From NCBI GenBank assembly GCA_002633005.1, contig NMRA01001082.1, positions 6,134 to 58,768 of the forward strand: 52,635 nucleotides of DNA, given 5' to 3'. Of the stretch, positions 25,601 to 37,600 are shown piece by piece. Every line of letters begins with the position of its first letter. Position 1 is the first letter of the stretch. A model generated the notes under the pieces. The model saw nothing but the letters and a program-made list of their open reading frames with translations. It did no database searches and was not told the origin of the DNA. This DNA comes from Phoronis australis (taxonomy: Eukaryota; Animalia; Phoronida). A program made the translations under genes and the position numbers.

Positions 25601-28600
25601 CTAAACACAAGAAAAAGTCACAATGCAGGAAGTTGCAAAACTATTTGAAAGACAAATAACATTGCATTGAAAGTTTGAATAGATTGTTGAATTCACACAT
25701 TTGAATGAAGGACTGTAACAAACAGTGTGTTCATTCTGGGATCGACAATGATATATGATGAGGTCCCACTTGCACACACAAATGACCAAATGCAGTTGTT
25801 GTGGGGGCAGAATTCATACCCTTCAATTAATTATAAAGTTCATGAACTTAGGTGCCACATACGTTAGGAGAAAAGTAAAACTTTAAAAAAAAATATTCAA
25901 CAACTTGAAGATAATATACTATACTTGTGCTACAGCACCAGTTATAACTACACTTCTCCTACAGCACCAGTTATATCTACACTAACTACTACAGCTCCAG
26001 CTATACTTCTGCTACAACATCAGTTATAACACTACACTTCTCCTAAAGCACGGGTTATAACTACACTCCTGCTTCAGCACCAGTTATAACTACAAATAAT
26101 AACTTACTCTCCTCCCAGCAGTGCCTTGACGTCACTGACAAAATCAATGACACCTTTCAGTTGTTCCACCAGAGGGCCCTGTGCCCTCACATCCACATTG
26201 GCAGGACGATAAGGCTCCTCAGGGGCACGATACCTTAGCAAAAAAAACAAATGTTAGAAGTGCTTTTAAATATTTCAAATTTAAATATAAATAATCAAAA
26301 ATTACATTTAAAATCGCTTTCGGTGCTTTTAGGGTTTTACTTCCGAATGTACTCTGAAAACAAAAAAAATATCAAATTAGTTTACCAAAAAATCAGGCCC
26401 TGGTGCATTCTGAGCTCAGGTCAAAAAATGGGTTCCAATGTCAGGCCTCAACCTTTTCCTACTAAGTGAAACAGCTCAGAACAACCATTAGTAATAACTT
26501 CTGAATTCCTCTGTTTATACCAGTCTCTAGCCAGTCCACATTCTTGGCACGACGTTTCAGTCTGTCACTTCTTCAGCCATTTTCAGGAGACACAGCATTC
26601 TTAGAAGAAAAAGCATGGGCATCTGGTACACTCATGGTGGGCACTTGGAGTGTGTTTTTACTGGTACACTCATGGTGGGCACTTGGAGTGTATTTTTACT
26701 GGTACACTCATGGTAGGCACTTGGAGTGTGTTTTTACTGGTACACTCATGGTGGGCACTTGGAGTGTGTTTTTACTGGTACACTCATGGTGGGCTCTTGG
26801 AGTGTGTTTTTACTGGAACACGACTTAAGTCAAACCAAAGACAGATATGGGAAAAAAAGAATGTCATCATTTAAATCTTCAAGAATGTGGTGAATCCAAT
26901 AATCACAGTGAAACCCTAAAACCACTATAATCAGAATAGCTGAAGACAAGAAGTGCAGTAGAGAAGGCACCGACTCATCACAAATAGCAAGAAATATGTG
27001 GTCAGAAAACAACCAACGAGGAACATCCTTTGACATTGAAACAGGTTGGACTTAAAGAAACACACAGCTGTGCACATGAGTCATCAGTCAGTCTCACAAG
27101 AACCAAGCAACACTTAATATCCGTCCTCAAGCAATAAGGAACAGATAAGTATAGTAAACTTCCCTTGGAGTTAAAAGATGACTCAGTGGCCTAATGACAA
27201 GAGTGCTGGAATGACAACCAAAAAGTCCCAGGTTCAAACCCCGAAGTGCACCAGGAAAAATACAAACCAGTAGAGTGAAAACCGTAAGTCAGACAGCAGT
27301 GCTCAGTCTAAAAATGCTGTAAAACCTGAAGATGATTGAACAAATTAGTCAAATGGACTGACTGAAACAATGATCCAGAGGAAATAAGCTAGACACCATG
27401 GAAATAGACTGATAACTTTTAGAAAATTGTTGAAGCTGTCCTCACCTGTTCATGAATTCTCCTTGACTTCGTTTCATGTCTCGCTTCAATGTCTTGGCTT
27501 GGTTATTTTTCTTGTCTGCAAACGCACCAGAATCCGCACGTTTGCCCAGATGTGTGATTATGCGGTCATTGCACTCCTACAAGAAGTGACAGAACACAGG
27601 ATTTTATGAACTAGGGTCTGTCTCAAGAAAAATGACATATGATAAGTCTCAAAAGGCAGTTTAGCTCAGAAAAAACAAACACATCACAATCAAGAAATAA
27701 TTTATCTCACAAACTGGCATTTATTTGACTTGTATATACTCCTATTTGTACCTGAGATTGCAATTTTGCTCAAGCCAGACATAAGTTTTGAATCTGAAAA
27801 CTAGCATCTGTATATATAATCAGAGACATTGCAATTTTGATCAAGCCAGATATAAATTTTGAACCTAAAAACTAGCATCTAATTGACGGTATATATAATC
27901 AGAGACATTGCAATTTTGATCAAGCCAGATATAACTTTTGAATTTCTCATAAAAATAAGGTATCAATAATTTTAAGTCCTATTTTAGTAAGATTCTCAAG
28001 GAAAAAAAACAACTCCTCTAAGCATTTTGGAAAACAGTGCATAAAGTATGTTATCTGAAAGTTTCATATGAATAATAAAGATATGATGTTCCTACTAAGT
28101 CAGCCAAATTTGGAATTTTTGAGGTCCTACATATTAATATTAAATCACTTTTCATGTAAGGCTCCGGACCACAGAAAAAATTCAAAGAAAGGCAGAAGAC
28201 AGACAGAGTGCACAATCACATCTGTGTTCAAGCAACAGGCCCGTGAAAACTCTCTCTTTCCTTCACTACTGGCAACTCACTGTAAGTGCAATAAAATGTA
28301 TGAGATATTACGTAGCGTGCCTGTCATTCAAGCACATTTTTTGATGAAGACGACGAAATACTTCATAAGAGATTTTGGTCTTTACCATGTGCTAATATAT
28401 GATACTCCATAATTAGGTCACACCAAATGGACAAGTGTACACCGTAGGTCACACCAAATTAGCCTCAAATGAGTTACCAGGGCTCAGTTTAAACAAAAGT
28501 GACTGTCAGCAGAGCACCACCCACAGTGAGAGAGTTTGTGGTACAACCTCAATGTTGCATGACTCAAGGTGTACCTCCTATGTAATGAGGAGAGGAATGT

Positions 28601-31600
28601 TTTGACACCCTTACAAAAGGACCATGTATCACATGTACCTAGTAAGGGTTAATGGATGTCAAGAACAACCCACATTGATATATGGTCCGGTAACTCAGGC
28701 AAATGGCATGAGAAAGAGTTTTCATGCTGGAGGCTTGGACCGGCATGGAGTTTCTCAAAAATCTTAGAAATTTAATAAAGTGGAACTCGCATGCTGCTTC
28801 CTCATATCTGTGATTGCTTGGTCAAATTAGTTAGAAACACAACATATAGCAGTGAACATGACCTTCCTCATATCTGTGATTGCTTGGTCAAATTAGTTAG
28901 AAACACAACACATAGCAGTGAACATGACCTTCCTCATATCTGTGATTGCTTGGTCAAATTAGTTAGAAACACAACACATAGCAGTGAACATGACCTTCCT
29001 CATATCTGTGATTGCTTGGTCAAATTAGTTAGAAACACAACATATAGCAGTGAACATGACTATGTTGAAAATTGCCAATGTTTTTAAGAACCAATTTTGT
29101 GCCGTAAATCATTCAACTGTGTCCAGTATCGTGACGTGGTGTTGGGGAATAACACTGCGTGATACGGGCTTTGAGCCCCCAAGGTATGTCATCAGTGCAA
29201 AGTTCCCCTATTTGCAGAATTTTGTGTTTTCACTTTTTAAGTTGTCATTGAATATAACTGCACTTTGTTTAGCGTAGATGATGTTCAAATAGCGTTGTCG
29301 TTTAGTTCCTGCTATACATTAGCATTAGTTAGGAGCGTAAAAATAATTACATCATTAAGGACTGGGGACTAAGTGTTGATGATTCTAAGTGGAACACACA
29401 AACATATAAATGCACGCTCAATGAACCCCATTTTTGTAAGTTAACCAATACTTCATATCTGCCGTAAATTCAAGACAGGGTTGAGAGAGACCAAGGATGC
29501 ACTCCATAAAGATTCTTCCGAGTTGCGAGATGCGGAAAAATCAAGCGAGATTAGTGAAAAACTAAATGCTCTGTAACTGAACTTGCTAACTTTCACATGT
29601 GTCATAGAAAAAAATGTCACTGCAGCGCTTAGTAAGCAAAGCCGTTGAGCTACTGGCTAAAACTGTACGTTAACACACAGTTCCACTTCATCAAGATAAC
29701 TCAACATTTCTAGTCAGACAATCCCAAAATGCCTCACCTGCACCCATCTGGGAAAGAGTGAGTTCCTCTCGGTGTATTTAGTAGGGTCCACCCACTCGCC
29801 ATCCTTCTGCAACTCTTTCACTTTCAGATGAAAACTCATTCTGCGATAATTTCTGGGCACCTTGCGCACACTGACAAACATGAAGTTTTTCTGCCTGTCA
29901 CCAGGGGATGCCTGCATCGTTCCAATTTGCTCACCAGCCTTTGCCGGCTTCCCATTTACTGTTACTGCCCTGTTTGATAACAGAGGGTGTTGAAAGCCAG
30001 CCCACCAATAGCTTATCTACACACAGTCAACAATTAATAATTCAGCACGGTAGCAGAATTGATGAAAGCTTCAGACCTCTTTAGGTAGCCGACACTTAGC
30101 TCTTATAAAATGGGTCTTGTAATATGCCTTACCTTGATAGGAATCCTTACTAAAAACACCAAGTTTGTTGAGAATGGCCAACCCTAAAATTGCGAATTTG
30201 AAAATGGCCCAGGTGGTCATTGCCTGTAACTTGATTGATAATGGATATGGAGTCCCTATCATGGTTAGGATGGCTAATTTTACAAACTTAAAGAACTAAA
30301 TCCATTTCTACCTAGCTAAACAGGGCAGAAGTCTATTTAAAGAAATTTTTGAAAGAACTATGACCTAAATTACATACGTTCTGAGGTGTTTCACATTGTA
30401 CAAAAAGATGACGTATTTCTTGAGACTGCCTTTTGTAGGTTCAATTCGAATTCTCTGACGAGGAAGTTTTTCATAGAAATAAACACCAGTCACTGGAGCG
30501 ACAATCTACAAAATCAAATATAACATAAAAGTATAATTCGCTCATTCACTTTAGAATGTGATTAAACAGTTGGTATCAAGTTACGCAAATGTTAAGTTCT
30601 ATACAATATCTACAAAACAATAGAATTTAGAAACTCAGAGAAAGTACATTGCAGGTGGTCTGGTACACGTTGTACCTGACGTGCGCACTGATCACATGGA
30701 ACTATTTTATGCTTTGATAATATATTGTTAACACCCGAGCTGAGGAGCAAGACCGGGTAGCGTGACTGGGTAGCGTGACCGGGAACCGTGACCAGGAACC
30801 GTGACCGGGAACCGTGACTGGGAACCGTGACCGGGAACCATGACCGGGAACCGTGACCGCGCTGAAAGTGTCAGGTTCATGCTCTATAAGCTTTTAACCA
30901 ATGAAATAAAATGTGATTTGGACTCATAACAATTTACATTCGATGTGAGTTGAAACGACAAAAAGGAAGACATGACAATTTAGTCTTCTAAAAATGACTG
31001 AATTCAGGATATGATAATTCTCACAATGCCATCATGTGTCCTGTGCGTCACTCACCTTTTGCCCAGCATCAGCGGTCAGCATAATTCCGATGCCTTCAGT
31101 TTTGCTGCTGTAGAGACCGTTGGCAGTAGACGGCCAGTTGCCATCTCCATATTCATCACTGGCTCCACTACGTCTGGTTCTGGGAAACTTTTTATGAAAC
31201 TTTGCTCCAAACAGCATGTTGAATGTGTCTTTAGCTTTGGCAACACTGTGGAGAAACTGATTCAAATAATCAACAGTGCAGTATTTCACTGGATGCTCTC
31301 TTTTTGTGAAATTTCTGACACTATAATTCCAAGTGGTGATTTCAAATTTACAAAGAAAGCAAACACTAAACAATGCATGGCAAATAAGGCCAAGGTCAGA
31401 CATTGAAAGTACTACGTAAAAATAAATGAAGTTTGCACTGGTGAGAAGAAAATAAGAAACATCGCCATTAAAAAATCTCTGAATACATCTAACTTCTGAA
31501 ATATTTTGCAATTGGCTACCCCATCTCAGGCAATACATGGCTATCCCTTCTCAGACAATACATGGCTATCCCTTCTCAGGCAATACATGGCTATCCCTTC

Positions 31601-34600
31601 TCAGGCAATACATGGCTATCCCTTCTCAGGCAATACGTGGCTATCCCTTCTCAGGCAATACATGGCTATCCCTTCACAGGCAATACATGGCTATCCCTTC
31701 TCAGGCAATACATGGCTACCCTTCCACAGGCAATACATGGCTGCCCCTTCTCAGGCAATACAGAAGATATACGTATAGCAAGTTTCCCTTAAATTTAATG
31801 GATGACTCAGTGGCCTAGAGGTCAGAGTGCTGGACTGACAACCAAAAGCTCCCAGGGTTAAACCCTGCCATGCACTGGTCAAGGTATAATTCAAGTGACG
31901 AAAATAAATGTACCAAAGCTCATTCTTCTACAAAAACAATTACTAAACACCTGAAGATGATCGAAGAAATGTTGTGCCAGAGTGTGAAAAGGTTAGTGTC
32001 AGGTGTAAATAGACAAATAGATTTTAGAAATGGTTTTACTAAATCATCACCTCAAAGTGGTTTTATGAAGTGCCTTCATAAAGTTTTAGTGGAAACACTA
32101 CATGACATGAGTTTAATTCCCTTGAATGTTTAACAAACTACTTTCAAAATGGATATTTAAATTTCAGTAGCCATGGCACATGTTACTGTATAATCTTCAT
32201 CATCGACACCATCACCATCACCACCACCACCACCATCACCATTAGTTCTAGTTTGCACTTACTATGTCTTTATGGTGTCAATGATGTCTTTTATGTTGTA
32301 GTAGACAGCCAGAATGGATTTATACAGGTCAAACAATGGCTTGAAGAGATATTCAAATGGTTCCAACAAGTTACTTAGAGCTGAGATGAACTTCATGCCA
32401 ACCTCTTTTTGTTGTTGACCCTAGAATAAAGAACATGTTGCCATGGACAGCAACAAGCACAAGTGATATTTGGACCACGAATCATCAATGACATCAACTT
32501 CTATATAGAGTAAAATGATTTTAGTACGTCATTTAAATTGACTTCTCACCTATTATCAGATATTAACAACGACTTTACCATCCACCTCTCTACGACAATA
32601 TCATGCTGTGTAACTTCCGTCAACCGCTTACAGTTAGAAGAAAATTCTGAAAACTCCTTACAAAATTTGCGTAAGGGTAAGTATGACCAATGCTTTAGAA
32701 GAGTTACATGACAACTGTGAGGAAGGACAACACACTCAAAACCATACGGTCCATTCTATAATAAAGTGATTTCAGTTGAATCGCTTTTAAAACTAAGTGA
32801 GACATTAATGATGCATTAGCAGGGGACATAACAAGGAGTGGTTGAAATCACCAAAACAGGGTTTAGTATCCTTTAAAAACTGCTTTGTGCTTGCCTATAC
32901 ATGAAGGTTTCCTAACAAAATAGCACTCATTAAACTCTCATCTGTTAATATTCTCTATGACAAACTTCGGAGATAACTGCACGGTAAGTGTCCCCTAGTG
33001 GATAAATAACTCACCATGCTCTTAAGTCCAGTGGCACCATACCCAACTTTGAAAGGTGTTGGTCGAGTGGCGTAGATTTTTAACATGTTGGAGACCTCCT
33101 TTGTAGCATAGATCATATCAGTCTTGAGGGCAAGCAAATCCTCACCAGGGGTCATCCAGTAGGGGAGGTTGCCTCCCTTGATGGGGAAGTTGATTTCCAC
33201 ACGCTTCTTGGCACCCATCAGCATGAACATTGCCATGGCAACCCTGGGTTAGACAAATTATAATTCTTGCCATGTGAAAATTATAAGAAATTTAAAACAG
33301 ACAGGACAAGGCAGCCAAGAGATATCTCTGAACAAAACAGAACAGTTTAGCGGCTTTAAAGTGATTTTTTAAACGATAATCATACAAACAAAGCAGCATT
33401 TAATGTTCAACCTACCTAATGAAAGCTTGGCCAAGTCCTTCCAGACCACTAGATGGAGCTGAAATCAATTCACCAAGGGATTGCACAATCTGTTTACCAG
33501 TTTTCTCAAACTGCTCAATGGCATAAGGGATTGTCACTTGAATGGCATCCAGAATCGTCTGAAAATAATTGAAAGCACAAATGGTTACCCTTAGGTTAAA
33601 GCACAAAAATAAGAGAGTGAAAAGGCTCTGAGCAAAACTTGTAGTTACAGGTAAATCAAACAAGAGCAACGCAGAGCGTTGAAATGCACCCACAATTGCA
33701 CCGTATACGGTATCCTTCTAGGGTTGTTTACTGGCACCATAAAGTGGCCAGTAGAGGGCATATATGTAGTATGTTGTACTTTGCAAAATGGAAAGGCATG
33801 GTCATTGTCTCCTCAATAGGCTAGGGGCAAAATGTGAGTGATCTTCATAATACAAGCACATCCTATACATCAGTTGCTTAAAGCACCACAGAAACATAGA
33901 ATTAAAAACAAATTTACCAACATACGAGATTAGCACAGCATTAGAATGCCAGAAACAAATTTCTACTCGGAACTTTTCCTTCATAGTCACGAAGTAACAC
34001 AAAGTATACACCTGAAGACCTATGACAATACTGAGGTCAATGTGAAATACTTAAATTGCCACTAGAGGCATACCGGTAGTCAGAATCATCTTAAAGTCGT
34101 CATCGTCCGTTGTCAACATCACATAAATACACTTGCTAAATTTAGTAAAGATCCTGCAAACGGTTTGGGAGATACAGCCAAGGGCGAAAAAAAACTGCCA
34201 CTAGGAGGCGCCACAGTAATCAAAGTCATGGGAAATTCAGCGTCAACCGTCCTCTTCATAGTAAGAGCATACATGCCAATTTTCACAATCATACTTAGAG
34301 CGGTTTGGTTGATAGAGGGGTGGACGCCAAAGAACAGACTCAAAAACAGTAAAAATGGCCACTGGGTGTCGCAAACTAGGTCGAACCCATCCGAAAACTG
34401 GAGGATAGCGTCATCGCACTAATAGGTGCCTACATATCAAATTTCATGAAAATCCGTTAAGGACTTGTGAAGATACAGAGGTAAACGTATAAAAATAAAA
34501 TTGCCACTAGGGGGCACACTGGTAGGCGGATCCGTCCAAAAGTCGTCATCATCTGTTGTTAACATCATATAAATGCACTTATTAAATTTCGTAAAGATCC

Positions 34601-37600
34601 TGCGAACGGTTTAGGAGATACAGCCATAGGCGCCAAAAAAACAAAACTGCCACTAGGAGGCGCCACAGTAGTCCAAATCGTCTGAAAATCATTGTCAGCT
34701 GTCTTCTTTATAGTAAGCACATACATGCTAATTTTCACAATCATCCTTTGAGCGGTTTAGTTGATAGAGGGGTGGACGCAAAAATACAGACTCGAAAACA
34801 GTAAAAATGGCCACTAGGTGGCGCAAACTTAGTCGAATCCATCTGAAAACGGGAGGATAGCGTCATCTCACCAACAGGTGCCTACATACCAAATTTCATG
34901 AAAATCCGTTGAGGACTTTTGAAGATACAAAGGTAAGCGTAAAAAACTAAAATTGCCACTAGGGGACACACCCGTAGTCGGATCCGTCCGAAAGTTCGCA
35001 CATGCCGTCCCATTCATGAATGGAACACATGTGCCAAATTTCATGAACGTATGTCAAAGGGTTTTGGAGATAGAGCAGCCGACGCCGGACGGACGCCGCC
35101 CGGACGGACGGACGGACGGAGATGACGGCATAATGCGTCCACAAATAAATATGTGGGCGCATAAAAATGACAATTTAACTGCAAAATTTTCAACTTATTA
35201 AGGCACAAGTTCCCAGTAGTACCCAGTAATCCTATATATTAATTAATTTGATTTGCTTCGAGAAAATTGTGAATAATCCAAAAAAATGAACTGAGACAAC
35301 CTCAAATGAATGACTTCCTCCTAATTACATCTCTGCAAATTGGTTACATAATAATATCAATCAATTCTGAAATAAAAGTTTTTGGAAAACACTAAATTTA
35401 GACTTTTAAATATTAAACTTTTTATGCGTTACCGTTACAAAATTCTCAATGTCCATTTTCACATCATTAATGAAGAACTTGATTCTGAGAACAACTTTCC
35501 GAACAGCTGTCACCCAGGGGAGACAATTGGTGGTTTTTCCTGCCCAGCTTGCAAGAGCTTCAGCAGTTTTGACTATGTTCTTGGGAAGGTCAATAATAGT
35601 CTGGGCGAAAGATTTGAACAAGGCCTGCAAAAAAAACAACAAATCTCAAATAAACTTTTAAGGTAAAGTAACCCCTACAAGTTAAGAAACGTAATTCAAA
35701 AGGATTGCCACCACAGCACTTGAGTTAGTTTGAATTAATTTCGTTATTATCCATGTGACGGAAGTGTTTCTAACCAACCACAAACTGCATTTACCAGAGA
35801 CAAACTTGGGGAAAAATTGCGCTACCAGGAACCCCAAGACAACACTGCCTCGGTGCCTTCTTGGGCAGTATATGTGTCGTCGTCCTGGCAAAAACTAGTG
35901 CACAGTTTGCGCACGATGTAACGTAAACAAAAGCCACGAAACTAGTGCATGATATGTTTATCCACCTATAACAATCACGCGGAGTTTGACCCAATTTCAG
36001 TAAAAGTACACAAACACCTGTCAGTAAAACATGATGTACCATTAAATTCTAGTGAAACACAAAAGTGGATACAAGTGATACCAAAGAATTGATAAGCATA
36101 CTGAGCTAGGTCACAACTAGTGTGTACTGGCCATATATAGTATCTTGAGAGGTCACAACAAGTGTGTACTAACCACAAATATTGTCCTGAGAGGTCACAA
36201 CTAGTTTGCACTGACCATACATATATATAGTATCGTGAAAGGTCACAACTAGTGTGGACTAACACAACACCATGACAACATAAAAACAAAGATTTTCTTA
36301 TTAAGATAAAACATTGTTTACTTACTCCAAAGCCACCTTGTTTATTAATACTCTGGAAAATGCCCATAAAACTATCGACAGCCGTCTCAATGGGCGTGAC
36401 AAACTGGTCATAAAGTGTGTCAAAAATGTTGACAAGATCTTGAACCGAGTTGATGCCAAATTCCTGAAATTCAAATAATTTCACTTTGACCAATTCAAAC
36501 CAACAACAGTTTTCTTTCCTTGAGTGTCCATCTATGTCGAAATGGGTAGACTAATGTCATACAGTTTGATCTTCATTTGAGTAAAGAGACCTGTATCATT
36601 TTACGAAGGAACAAGATGGCCTTAAGCAACAGAACCAAGGTGGATTTCTGTCCCACTTGCCTTGACAAAATGGCACAATGCATTCTATTGTGCAGGGAGA
36701 ATTGACCTGAGCTTGGTAAGACTTCAGGCTGGTTTATCACATGCACAGCTATAGACATTATGTGACGATATGCAACAAGATGGTGACCTTGACCCAGTTA
36801 AGTTTGGAAAGTAACCCAACAGCAGTTTATAGATGACATGACAGGTATTCCTGGGCACACAGTACACTAAGTTTAAGTAAATTACACTTCCAATTTAATG
36901 AAGAGCCAGCTGTGATATTTGACAATACTTATGAACTCCAAAGATGTTGCAGGTAGAATCTCAAGCTTATAGCAAGAGGGATTGGCATTCACAGAATCGG
37001 CCTAATTACCTTAGCCATGTTGAGATTGTATCGAACGTAACCACGGAAACAGACTTGCAGTCGGAACATGTCAAACTTAATGTTGAGGATGCCAAGGTTT
37101 GCCTCAGCATAGGCTGTATCATAGACATCAATCATAAACATGCCTTCCAGAGGTTCTGAAACAGCAAAGCATTACGCTCTGTAAAAGAAGTCTTCAAGGC
37201 ATTATGAGACATCAATCATAGGTCATGCTATAGACACTACTTTTAGTGCTTTACAAAAACAAAAATCAGCCATGTGAGAGACGTAAATCATGAACATAAC
37301 TTGAAAGAATATTCTGAAACATCAAGCATATGGCACACCAATAAAAGCCAACGCTGGGGCATCACATAAGCTGCAATTTGGTGGCAATGTGCCCATGGCC
37401 AATGTATGGTTAGTCATTACGTCTAGGCGTGGCGCATTCGTCAATATAGTGCCAGAGTTTTAGGTTCTCCGAGAGTTTCCTAACTGTCTTCTTTAAAGAT
37501 CAGTCAGAACATATAGCTTGTGATGACAAGATTTAACACTACCATTCTGTAAAGGTAAGTCATTAGTTTAGTAAAAAATTAATAACAACCTTTTACATTT

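Noticed and set aside
27177-27250. Possible tRNA gene
   Set aside because: It has A/B boxes but no convincing cloverleaf or acceptor stem, and a diverged second copy shares downstream sequence, so it is treated as a SINE head.
31506-31818. Repetitive ORFs (AIPSQAIHGYPFSG)
   Set aside because: Artefact of the 25-bp minisatellite.
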